Shown: in pieces, positions 26,689-35,324 of the stretch
Layout of the letters: each line of letters begins with the position of its first letter
Numbering within the stretch: the first letter of the stretch is position 1
NCBI GenBank assembly: GCA_022735715.1
Contig: JAIJMN010000001.1
Span: 1 to 51,732, forward strand
Length of the DNA: 51,732 nucleotides
Reading direction: 5' to 3'
Source of the DNA: Prevotella sp.
Lineage (GTDB): Bacteria > Bacteroidota > Bacteroidia > Bacteroidales > Bacteroidaceae
Position numbers and translations under genes: made by a program
The notes under the pieces: generated by a model
Databases searched by the model: none
What the model was told of the DNA's origin: nothing
Seen by the model: the letters and a program-made list of their open reading frames with translations, nothing else

Positions 26689-26722
26689 GTCGTATGACAA
26701 AAAATCTTTCTCGTATGAGCGA

Positions 26723-26854
26723 TTATTTCTTGCTCTTCTTTGCCGTTGTTCCTTCTTCGTCGCTTACGCTGAAGAAAGAAGAGTCGGCATCGTCGAGCAC
26801 TTCTTTTGCGATATTGTCCTCGCTCTGTGCGTCAATATCGCTTACCCTTTTTTT
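26723..26854 (-). other. Predicted -1 ribosomal frameshift signal and 41-aa extension of tail tube protein
   Basis: A-AAA-AAA slippery run, 6-nt spacer, GCGATATTG/CAATATCGC stem, -1 frame open to TAA at 26723. Confidence 0.65.
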
Positions 26855-27396
26855 GAAGCAAGGAGAGAGTCCCAACCCGCGTCTTCCGCTGGTTCCGTTA
26901 CATAGAGGTTCGGATAATACACAGGAGAGAGCTTAGCCTCGTAAGTGGTGATACGGTCGTCGCTGGCTGCTGCTCCAGTATCGGTAGTGATAGCACCCGA
27001 ATCAAACTTCACCTTACGGCTCGGATCGTAGATAATCTGCGAAACATCATCGTCCTTTGCGATAATGAAGATGTCGTTGTTGTTGATTGCACGCGCCAAC
27101 TTTCCTGCCGCAGGATTAACCGAGTCTACAACGAAAGTACATGTGAGCTCGAAACCTTTGCGGCGACCAAGCGATGAACCCTTAATCTGCTGCTTCTCGT
27201 CAGCACACTGTACCTTATACAGACCCTTTCCCGCTGCGAAGGTAGGAGTTGAATAACTGTTATCGGTTGCGGTAAGAGGAGCAGTGAGCTCACTCTTCAG
27301 TCCAATGTATATATCAGTGCCAAGACCTGCGAGGTTCTCCAGGCACTCGTCTTCGTTGAGCACATCAACGAGCTGTGGACATGTTACTGATCCCAT
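26842..27396 (-). CDS. Major tail (tube) protein
   Basis: 184 aa directly after capsid; C...ENLAGL...TTDTGAAASD pattern of Bacteroidota siphophage tail tubes. Confidence 0.6.
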   Translation of the reverse strand: MGSVTCPQLVDVLNEDECLENLAGLGTDIYIGLKSELTAPLTATDNSYSTPTFAAGKGLYKVQCADEKQQIKGSSLGRRKGFELTCTFVVDSVNPAAGKLARAINNNDIFIIAKDDDVSQIIYDPSRKVKFDSGAITTDTGAAASDDRITTYEAKLSPVYYPNLYVTEPAEDAGWDSLLASKKG

Positions 27397-27515
27397 ATTC
27401 TTATAAGTTTTTGTGTTGTTGTTTGGAAAAGAAGGGCGACGGGTTAGCATGTTCCTTCAGGTCAGCCACGACCGCCGCCCAGAAAATATAGAGTGAAAGA
27501 AACTCCGTTGAAAGA

Positions 27516-28808
27516 TTAGCCGTTCTTCTTGAAGAAGGCTGTCAGGCCCATGTTCATGCCGGAAGCGGTGAGCTGAATCTTCTTCTCGGTCTTGCCGTTG
27601 TTCCAACCAGTAAACTTATAGGTAGTACCATCGGCTGCCTCAAGAGAGAGAATTTGGTTAGGCGCAGTTTCAAGCGGCTTGGTGTAAGCAGTGCCGTTCA
27701 CCTTCACTGTACCGTCCGGCTTCTCACCATCAGAACCAGCAAGGGTAATCACGAGCATAGTGTTGTCGTAGTCACCGGCTACATACTCAGGAGCAACGAG
27801 ATTACCGTCGCTGACGCAAAGAGCATATTTCAGGAAATTGCGGATACCTGCTCCCTGTATTGACTGAATTTGGAAAGACAGGTCTCTGTGATCTCGGTCG
27901 GAGCCGAGGCGAACACTTACATACTGCTGGTTGCTCTGGGTGTCAACACCGTAGACAAAGTTATTGTCGATGGTTGCGTACATACGGTCGCCTTCGCCGA
28001 AGTTGGCAATAGGACAGATAGTAACCTTAGAGAGACCCGGCAGCTTGAAATTGTCGCCCTGGTTGTACTCTACACGGAAGTTGCCATGGAACTTGTTAGC
28101 ATAACCTGCTGCAATGTTCATGGCAGTTGCCTCATTCATGTAAACACGTGTTGGAACCTTGCGAAGACGCTCGTCCCACTTGGCGTGCCACTCGATGAAG
28201 TTGTCGTAAGGAGTAGAGTCGTTGTTGTCAGCAGGAGCAGAAATAGCCTTACAAGGAACGAGGTTGCCGTTAGCCTCTGAGATAAGACCGTCTTCGATGT
28301 CGTGCTTGATGCAAGTGTGGAAGCCATTGTAGAGAGCCATTGCCTGGTCGCGAGCCGGAACGGAGTCGTCGCCATTGTCAAGAGAGATGTCGCCGAACCA
28401 CAAGTTAGCTGCAAGGTTGTCGGCATAGTCCTTGAGGATTGCCTCTACAGCCTGTGAAGAGAGAGGGAACTGACCCTGAGCATCTGTGCCGAATACTGTC
28501 TCACAGAAGTCGTCTATATTGCCTGGAAACTTATCCCAGGAGAGCTTCGAGACAAGCGTACGCTCTTTCAAGAATCCGGCTTCGCTGTTGATTTCGCGAT
28601 GAACGTCCTTACGACGTGTGGTGCCACCTTTACGGATGAACAAGTGGAAAGTGCGCTTGAACTGAACACCAGTGATGATGTCAATGCCAAGGCGATCCAT
28701 CTCTTCGGCATCCGAATAGCCAGGACCCATCACAATCTCCTTTGACACCTCCTCGGCTACATGCTGAAGAGCGTCAAGACCGATAAAATCTTTAGGTAAA
28801 TTTGCCAT
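27516..28808 (-). CDS. Major capsid protein with C-terminal InlB-B/Ig-like domain
   Basis: 430 aa immediately after protease/scaffold; C-terminal LEAADGTTYKFTGWNNG...LTAFF. Confidence 0.7.
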   Translation of the reverse strand: MANLPKDFIGLDALQHVAEEVSKEIVMGPGYSDAEEMDRLGIDIITGVQFKRTFHLFIRKGGTTRRKDVHREINSEAGFLKERTLVSKLSWDKFPGNIDDFCETVFGTDAQGQFPLSSQAVEAILKDYADNLAANLWFGDISLDNGDDSVPARDQAMALYNGFHTCIKHDIEDGLISEANGNLVPCKAISAPADNNDSTPYDNFIEWHAKWDERLRKVPTRVYMNEATAMNIAAGYANKFHGNFRVEYNQGDNFKLPGLSKVTICPIANFGEGDRMYATIDNNFVYGVDTQSNQQYVSVRLGSDRDHRDLSFQIQSIQGAGIRNFLKYALCVSDGNLVAPEYVAGDYDNTMLVITLAGSDGEKPDGTVKVNGTAYTKPLETAPNQILSLEAADGTTYKFTGWNNGKTEKKIQLTASGMNMGLTAFFKKNG

Positions 28809-28873
28809 AATCGTTTGTGTTTTGTGTTGTTAAATCTTTGTATTGTTTGTGTTGGTTGAGGGCAGCGAGGCTT

Positions 28874-30556
28874 TTATTCCTTACCTTGTAAGAAACGCTT
28901 GAAAGCAGCCTTTCGCTCAACATTGGTCTTGTACTTGCTACCATCGAACGAGCGCAGCTGCGGAGTTTTCACACCTTCGCCATTGTTCTCAGGAGCCTCG
29001 CCGCTGTTCAGCTCTTCGCCAGCCTCATTGGTGAGGGCAGCAATCTGAGCCTGCTTGTCGGCAATGGTTTGCTCGGCTGTAGCAAGCGCGTCCTTAGCAG
29101 TCTGAAGGTTTGCCTCGACATCAGTCTTGTCGGCTGTGAGCTGAGCAATCTCCTTGTTCTTTGCCTCGGCAAGAGCTTTCAGCTCGTCGTCCTTCTTGGC
29201 AAGAGCCTCGATGTGCTGTGCGTTAAGGTCGCTTAGTTCTGTACTATGAGCCTCGTTAGCCTGGGCGAGTGCGGTCTCCGCGACTTCCTTAGCTTCATTG
29301 GCTGCGTTTACATTGGCGGAGAGTTCATCAAACTTGCCCTGCAATTCTGCGAGAGCGTTCTCCGCTGTGGTGACTTTCAGCTCGGCATCAGTCACCTTCT
29401 GCTCAGCTTCCTTCATGTGGGCTTCGAGAGAGTCAAGAAGCGAGGCGTTCATATACGCGCCCTCCTCAGTAACGGCAATCTCGCCAGCCTGCAATCCACA
29501 AGCTTTGCAAATAAGAGGATATTTCTCCATATTGATATTAGTGTTTGTGTTGGTTGCGGTGGGTTTTTCTGGCTCCGGATAATTCTCCGGCTCGTTCTGT
29601 GGCTCAACCGTCTGCTCGCGGTTGATAAGTTCGGCTCTGCCATCATAAAGTTCAAAGGCGCGCTGAACCACTTCCATAAACGACGACTGACCGTCCATCA
29701 GAATACCCTTCACGTCCTCGGCATTGAACACCTTGCCATGCAGATGCTCGTCGGTAGCATTAGGACAAGCCTTCTGAACGTCGGAACGGAACTCAACGCC
29801 AAGTTCGGCAAGTTCCTTTACAAGCTCCTCGTCCTTGCCATCGTTGGCAATATCACGGAAGGCACGGTTCTTGTCGAACGACTCGGGGTCGTAGAGTTCG
29901 TGATAAGTCTCGTTAGTGAATTGGTTGGTGCTTCCGTCTGCCTCAGTATAAAATGCCGCCATGACACCTATACAACCGATTTCGTTCTTGGGGTGCATGT
30001 AGTAGCGTTCATCACATAGCGAAGCAAGGTACATTCCGGCAGAATCACACATGCCATCGACAAAAGCGATGACAGGCTGACCCAAAGAACGTGCATACTG
30101 GATAGCCTGTTCGTAATCGTTCTTGGCCCATGCCGATCCGCCAGGAGTGTTAATGACGAAAACGTGTCCACGGCAAAGCGGATGGTTGGCAGCTCGCAGC
30201 ATCATGTCGCGATGGTCGATAGATCCGTAAGAGCAACCGCCACCGTTGCGAGTGATGGGGCCGTCGATAGTAAGAACCGAAACGAAAGGAAACGTCTGCG
30301 CATCCTCGTCATCAGCAAGGATGTTCAGACACCAGTTGCCTCTCACCTGCTTGCCATCCTCCGAAATCTGATATTCCTCCGGGTAATAGATTGAGCCGTC
30401 GGCAGACACTGCTGTGACATATCCACAATTCTTCTCCGGCTTGCTGAAAGCCGCATGAGTGTTTAGGTTGTGCTCAAGCGACTTGCGAATACCATGCACA
30501 AAGTCGGGACTGACCATCCACTTCTTTTCGGTAAGTATTTCAAATAAGCCTTTCAT
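28874..30556 (-). CDS. S49 (SppA/ClpP-like) prohead protease fused to coiled-coil scaffold
   Basis: INTPGG, CDSAGMYLAS, EIGCIGV; acidic linker then a long coiled coil. Confidence 0.85.
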   Translation of the reverse strand: MKGLFEILTEKKWMVSPDFVHGIRKSLEHNLNTHAAFSKPEKNCGYVTAVSADGSIYYPEEYQISEDGKQVRGNWCLNILADDEDAQTFPFVSVLTIDGPITRNGGGCSYGSIDHRDMMLRAANHPLCRGHVFVINTPGGSAWAKNDYEQAIQYARSLGQPVIAFVDGMCDSAGMYLASLCDERYYMHPKNEIGCIGVMAAFYTEADGSTNQFTNETYHELYDPESFDKNRAFRDIANDGKDEELVKELAELGVEFRSDVQKACPNATDEHLHGKVFNAEDVKGILMDGQSSFMEVVQRAFELYDGRAELINREQTVEPQNEPENYPEPEKPTATNTNTNINMEKYPLICKACGLQAGEIAVTEEGAYMNASLLDSLEAHMKEAEQKVTDAELKVTTAENALAELQGKFDELSANVNAANEAKEVAETALAQANEAHSTELSDLNAQHIEALAKKDDELKALAEAKNKEIAQLTADKTDVEANLQTAKDALATAEQTIADKQAQIAALTNEAGEELNSGEAPENNGEGVKTPQLRSFDGSKYKTNVERKAAFKRFLQGKE

Positions 30557-30618
30557 TAGTAAAATCTGTGTTTTGTGTTGTTATCCTGAATACAACCTGT
30601 TTACCTGGTTGCTAAACG

Positions 30619-30692
30619 TTGCGGAGAAAGGACTCGAACCCTCGACCTCTTGGTTATGAACCAAGCGAGCTGCCATCTGCTACCACTCCGCT
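30619..30692 (-). tRNA. tRNA-Met(CAT), initiator-like
   Basis: Cloverleaf AGCGGAG/CTCCGCA, anticodon arm CTTGG-TTCATAA-CCAAG, GGTTCGAGTCC T-loop; 1:72 mismatch; no encoded CCA. Confidence 0.85.
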
Positions 30693-30709
30693 GTGTGAGT
30701 TATTCGTAT

Positions 30710-30746
30710 GCAAAATTACGGACCGTGGTTAAAAAAATTAGGACAA
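30710..30746 (-). promoter_or_regulatory. Degenerate phage promoter TTGTCCTA-N20-TAATTTTG
   Basis: TGTCC core at the same spacing, upstream of the tRNA/capsid operon. Confidence 0.7.
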
Positions 30747-30776
30747 AAAAAGCCGCCATTCTCACGAACAGCGGCT
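30745..30776 (-). terminator. Rho-independent terminator
   Basis: AGCCGCTGTTC-GTGA-GAATGGCGGCT followed by a T run. Confidence 0.85.
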
Positions 30777-30820
30777 CTAAACAGTATAATATAATGTATC
30801 AGAAAAATGGTTGCGTAGCT

Positions 30821-31312
30821 TTATTCTCGAAGCGTGATAGGTATTGGCTCCGACAGGGCTTGCGTGGTGGCTGTGAAGGTTCGCGCCAACTCAGTCTGAC
30901 TATTGTCCGTGGTGCCACCAATACCGAATGTGTGGGGTAGGGAATAGCACAAGTGCAACGAGCCATCCATCTTGCGCAATACCACGTAATACTCCTTATC
31001 GCGCATAATTTGGTATGCTCTACGCACATTTTCGCCCCCAAACTCTATATTTGCACTAATATTATATGTATATATAGTGCCATTGCCCTGTTTTGCCGGC
31101 GTCACCTTCACACTCAGGCTCTCTGCAATGACAAAGTTCTCGCCACTCGTAGCCAAGCGCAAAGTTGACTCGGCGGGCAACTGGCAGTTGTTGATATATA
31201 ACACTTGTGCCATGCTGAACGGCACGGGGATTACACAATCTTCCTTCGGGTAAAACATTACATCGGTAATACCTTCGAGGAATAATTCTTTGCATTTATC
31301 GGGTAGTTGCAT
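30821..31312 (-). CDS. Hypothetical protein
   Basis: 163-aa beta-rich ORF. Confidence 0.7.
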   Translation of the reverse strand: MQLPDKCKELFLEGITDVMFYPKEDCVIPVPFSMAQVLYINNCQLPAESTLRLATSGENFVIAESLSVKVTPAKQGNGTIYTYNISANIEFGGENVRRAYQIMRDKEYYVVLRKMDGSLHLCYSLPHTFGIGGTTDNSQTELARTFTATTQALSEPIPITLRE

Positions 31313-31381
31313 TTTTGTACACCTAAAACGGCTGTTTTTTAACTTGTTTTAAACTTTGATTTAACTCTTGTTTACGTTATT

Positions 31382-32116
31382 CTAATCGTCAAACAATATA
31401 TCGTCTACGCAATAACGCTTTTCACTATCATCTATATACTGCATATCCGCACATGAATAAGCTTTGAAATTGCTATGATTCGAAGTTAGCCATCGGCTGA
31501 TGATGCGACGCAGGGCATCTTTTTCGCTCTCGTTCTGGTCTATGCCGTAACGCATCAAAAAACGCTCAAGCATAGCTGTTTGACGACGAAAAATGATACG
31601 CTTATCGGATGTGCAATAGTCAAATGTAGCTAAAGCCCATTCTACAACACTGCGCTTAAAATCATCGTTCAGCATGATAAGCAGCTGACGGATGCCGCGC
31701 GTACTAAGATTCCATACCGGCGTAACCTGACGAACTACGTCAATCACCTCTACCTCCGAAGGCAACTTTATGCACAAATAGTCTTCATTGTCACTCTTAG
31801 CGTCATCTTGTCTTCCACTAAAACGCTGAACCTCGCCAAAAGACAAGTATTCATGCGGATCGCGCTTTGTAACAACTTCACCACCATTGGGATGTTTGCC
31901 CTGCATCATGTTGCGCCACTGCTGGTGTGAGAAACATTGCGAATTAACTTTTTGCGTAACAGCAGGGATATTGGTTATATGCTTGCGCAAGACAAAGTGG
32001 TGAGGCATGTAGGGGCTAAACACCAACGGCTCGTCCTTGGCAAGCGTGTGCTTCGGGTCGCGATTGCGGAAGAACTGGCAACGACTCGTAGGTAGGCGAA
32101 GGTAAATGTTAGGCAT
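31382..32116 (-). CDS. Hypothetical protein, possible DNA-binding regulator
   Basis: 244 aa; C-terminal LERFLMRYGI...DALRRIISRW helical segment. Function speculative. Confidence 0.55.
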   Translation of the reverse strand: MPNIYLRLPTSRCQFFRNRDPKHTLAKDEPLVFSPYMPHHFVLRKHITNIPAVTQKVNSQCFSHQQWRNMMQGKHPNGGEVVTKRDPHEYLSFGEVQRFSGRQDDAKSDNEDYLCIKLPSEVEVIDVVRQVTPVWNLSTRGIRQLLIMLNDDFKRSVVEWALATFDYCTSDKRIIFRRQTAMLERFLMRYGIDQNESEKDALRRIISRWLTSNHSNFKAYSCADMQYIDDSEKRYCVDDILFDD

Positions 32117-32121
32117 AACGG

Positions 32122-33078
32122 TTATCGTTTTGGTTTGGGCCGTTTATATTGGCTCATAATTAAATCGGTAGCATTGAAACTGTAACGCAACTGCAAATCA
32201 TCAAACTTTACAGAGTCGATTTTAGGAGTGATATGACCAATTTTCTTTTGCTCGTCCTCACTTAAAATCTTCCATAAGTCCCCAACACTGATATAGCAGC
32301 CTCCTGACTCGGTATGTCCGATAAGACTCAAATCGAACTTATCGTTACGGCCAAAGAACTGATTAAGACCTTCCACAAGGTCGGCTTCAGTGTAAATAGG
32401 CGAGGCTGGGTGCATCTTGCGATACTTGGCAGTGAATGTGTGCAGACGTTTATCAACATAATTGTAGATTGAGTCGGCATATTCATAGAACAAATCTCCC
32501 TCACGAGAATCTACATCTTTAGGCCCTGCCGACCGGAAATAGCCACGTAATTGATGAAGCACCTGCGAGACAGTATCAAACTGATTGAACTCTATATTAC
32601 CCTTGAAAATGTCAAGCATATTGCCACGAATGTCAGTGGCTATACGGTCAAGACACTCTGCAAGAAATGTCAGTCGGTCGAGTCGGGAAGCAAGCAAGTC
32701 AACCTTCTCCTTCATACCTGGCTGTGAATAGTCAACATAATACTTTAGCAAGGTAGAGAAATTCATAAAGTCGTAACTGACATCAGAGCGCAAATTAGTT
32801 TGCACCATCGTAGCATACATTATATCAGCCAAACGACGGTCGTGCTGTTGGATGGTGCGCAACAGATTACTCATTTCGCTTGTGCCAACACGCATACGTT
32901 TGCTTGTTTCAACAAGACGGTTACGTTTTTCCACAGCGTCCAGATAATCGGGGTTGTGGAAAAGAGCATCAAGTGACTTGGCATATTGCGTTGACGGAAC
33001 ATCCTTGAAATGGAATTGATAGACCGTAGGTTGCAAACGCACAAATTCCTCTCGGTCGGGAAGCGGTTTTCTACTCAT
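32122..33078 (-). CDS. Hypothetical protein
   Basis: 318-aa ORF in operon. Confidence 0.75.
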   Translation of the reverse strand: MSRKPLPDREEFVRLQPTVYQFHFKDVPSTQYAKSLDALFHNPDYLDAVEKRNRLVETSKRMRVGTSEMSNLLRTIQQHDRRLADIMYATMVQTNLRSDVSYDFMNFSTLLKYYVDYSQPGMKEKVDLLASRLDRLTFLAECLDRIATDIRGNMLDIFKGNIEFNQFDTVSQVLHQLRGYFRSAGPKDVDSREGDLFYEYADSIYNYVDKRLHTFTAKYRKMHPASPIYTEADLVEGLNQFFGRNDKFDLSLIGHTESGGCYISVGDLWKILSEDEQKKIGHITPKIDSVKFDDLQLRYSFNATDLIMSQYKRPKPKR

Positions 33079-33120
33079 AATTTCTTCTATTTATCATAAG
33101 GTGCATTATCAAATAAGAAA

Positions 33121-33510
33121 CTAACGCTCGTCACCATCACCGGCAATGACATTTCGTTGCTGGCGCGAAGCAAGTTTTGCGAGGTTTTCTTCTGCCACTT
33201 CTTCAAGCGTAACACCCATAACCTTGGCGAGTCCGGCAGTCTGCCAGAGAATGTCGCCGATTTCAGAGAGCATAAGATGACGTTCCTCGTCGCTGACGTT
33301 CCACACCTGCGTATGCAGGATCTTGCCTTCCTCGTCGCGTTGTGTTGTGGTGATATGCAGTTTGCCCTTACGCATGTGCTTGCCGGCTTTGCTTGCAAAC
33401 TCGCCGACCTCGCCTACGAGATTGGCAAGCATATAGAAGAGATTGTCACTCTCAGGCATACAAGTACTCATTGCCTTGTCCTGATATTCGTTTAATGTTA
33501 AATTTGCCAT
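33121..33510 (-). CDS. MazG-like NTP pyrophosphohydrolase
   Basis: LVGEVGEF...EIGDILW...EENLAKLASRQQRNVIAGDGDER; start MANLTLNEYQ. Confidence 0.9.
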   Translation of the reverse strand: MANLTLNEYQDKAMSTCMPESDNLFYMLANLVGEVGEFASKAGKHMRKGKLHITTTQRDEEGKILHTQVWNVSDEERHLMLSEIGDILWQTAGLAKVMGVTLEEVAEENLAKLASRQQRNVIAGDGDER

Positions 33511-33535
33511 GATATATATATGTTTATATTGATGA

Positions 33536-34432
33536 TTAAATTTTAAACACTGCGAAGTACTGGCGCATACGCTCAAGGATGATGTTACGTATCTTCTCGC
33601 CAATAATCTTTGCATTGGGATGCGGTGTGCCCGTCTTACCATGATAGCGCAAGTCAAGAATATGCTTCCAGTCAGCAATAGTGTATGTATATGCCACAAC
33701 GGTATAGGTGTCAAGAGGCAGAACACCTCGTGCATCCTCCGGCTTCAATCCAGACTTCAGAAGTAGGTTGTAGCCCCACTCGCATACCCGGCATACAAAG
33801 CCGTACACCATGCGCTGCCAACGAGTGCCTTCATCGTACCAATGCGGAAGCGCTATCTGTACGCCTCCTTTCTTCTCCAGATTGCAATAGCGTGTGCTCT
33901 GCTCGGCTATGCTATTAGGCGATGTGCGGTTGAGTTCGCGCGATGTGCTTATCTGCGTGGTTACTACCAGCGTCATGCGGATAATGGAGAATGCCTCCTC
34001 ACACTCGTATTTCAGAGCCTTCTCGATAAACTCGCCTTCGCTTACACCATACGGGCTAAGCGCATCCATCAGGTTCTTGTTCTCAAGCAAGAACTGCATA
34101 TTAGTGCTGATCCATACCTTATGGTTCTTTGTGGCATAGTCGATGTAAGGCGAAGCATTCAGATACGCCCAGATGTAATTAGGGAGACCCTTTTCGTTGG
34201 GCATGAAAAAGTAGACGGTGCCGTGGCGATACATCGAGCGATGTCCGCTTTCCCAGAAGCCCTTGCAGCGTTCTTCGTCGCGCTTCTGAATGAAGGCTTC
34301 CACCTCCTCTTCGGTCATTCCTTCTTCGGGCTGCTTGCCCTTAGCCTTGTAGCATATTCTGCCCACTCTTGCTATGTGTTGTGCAAGAGAGGTCTGCTGC
34401 CACCATTCCACTCGTGGCTCTATGTATTTCAT
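33536..34432 (-). CDS. thyX: FAD-dependent thymidylate synthase (divergent motif)
   Basis: GRICY, GHRSMYRH, SRELNR..SIAEQSTRYCN, PEDARGVLP, LDLR...HP. Confidence 0.85.
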   Translation of the reverse strand: MKYIEPRVEWWQQTSLAQHIARVGRICYKAKGKQPEEGMTEEEVEAFIQKRDEERCKGFWESGHRSMYRHGTVYFFMPNEKGLPNYIWAYLNASPYIDYATKNHKVWISTNMQFLLENKNLMDALSPYGVSEGEFIEKALKYECEEAFSIIRMTLVVTTQISTSRELNRTSPNSIAEQSTRYCNLEKKGGVQIALPHWYDEGTRWQRMVYGFVCRVCEWGYNLLLKSGLKPEDARGVLPLDTYTVVAYTYTIADWKHILDLRYHGKTGTPHPNAKIIGEKIRNIILERMRQYFAVFKI

Positions 34433-34489
34433 TGCTTATGAATTTTAGTTTATTATTTAATAGATAGTGCATTTTCATATTCTCTATGC

Positions 34490-34987
34490 TTACACAATCA
34501 TGTATCTCACGCGCTGCACTTCTTCCAGCAAGTCGCTTAGCGAATCGTTGTTGAAGATTACCGTGTTGAAGAACGACAACGGCAGATACTTGCGTTCCTT
34601 GTCGCGGTCTATGCGTTCCTGCGACACCCCTCGGCGTAGTCGGGTTTCCTCTTGTGCCGACACACAAATAGAGAACATCTCTACGTTGGGGAACCTCTTG
34701 CGCAAGGCTCTCAGTCCGTCTTCGTCAATGACGTAAATAGCCTTGTCGCCCACCTGCTCTACAGTAGTCCAATACTCATAGCCGCCATATTGCGTGTAAG
34801 CCAACATATTGTCGTGTGGCACATCACACTTCTCCACAAAGTGGTGTTCCACACCATCAATCTCGCCTTCACGCTTCGGACGGGTGGTATAAGAACATAT
34901 CACTTTATAGCCGCCAAAGTCGGAAAGCATCTGAGCCACAGTGTCCTTTCCTGCACCACTCGGACCGGTAATTGTTATCAGTTTCAT
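34490..34987 (-). CDS. gmk: Guanylate kinase-like protein
   Basis: GPSGAGKDT P-loop, SYTTRPKREGEIDGVEHHF; start at ATG 34987. Confidence 0.85.
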   Translation of the reverse strand: MKLITITGPSGAGKDTVAQMLSDFGGYKVICSYTTRPKREGEIDGVEHHFVEKCDVPHDNMLAYTQYGGYEYWTTVEQVGDKAIYVIDEDGLRALRKRFPNVEMFSICVSAQEETRLRRGVSQERIDRDKERKYLPLSFFNTVIFNNDSLSDLLEEVQRVRYMIV

Positions 34988-34999
34988 AGAGTATAGAAA

Positions 35000-35304
35000 A
35001 CGAGGTGAGCCACATTCTTCATACGGCACTTCTGTGATAATGATGGCGATAGTGATAGCCATCGCAGTCGAGTGATAGTGATAGCGAAATAGAAGATGTT
35101 GACTGCGGAGTGATTTTTTGCGCAATACTTGCTCTATCCAGTTGAGCTACATTTCTCTTGAAAGAAAAGATAGGATTCGAACCTATAACCTCGTGAGACA
35201 CGTTTCGAAAAACGCATGATTCACTAAAAGAAAACTCCGTATGCTATCCGTGTGAGAGTCAGTTTCACGGTGCAAGACCTTCAGTCTGACCTTACCCACC
35301 TCGT
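35000..35304 (-). ncRNA. Structured ncRNA with permuted tRNA-like (YrlA-like) domain
   Basis: 5'/3' ends pair (ACGAGGTGGGT/GCTCACCTCGT); nested stems; T-arm, loop-closed acceptor stem, D-arm in that order at 35186-35131. Confidence 0.65.
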
Positions 35305-35324
35305 ATTATTTATTATTTTATGTT

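Noticed and set aside
34988..35125. N-terminal extension of guanylate kinase in the ORF track
   Set aside because: Runs through the structured RNA; the kinase fold starts at MKLITITGPSG (34987).
35131..35192. Functional tRNA, two-piece tmRNA or att-site remnant
   Set aside because: No anticodon arm or CCA; no G3:U70 alanine identity or tag ORF; a full D-stem is present; no integrase nearby. Kept only as part of the tRNA-mimic RNA.
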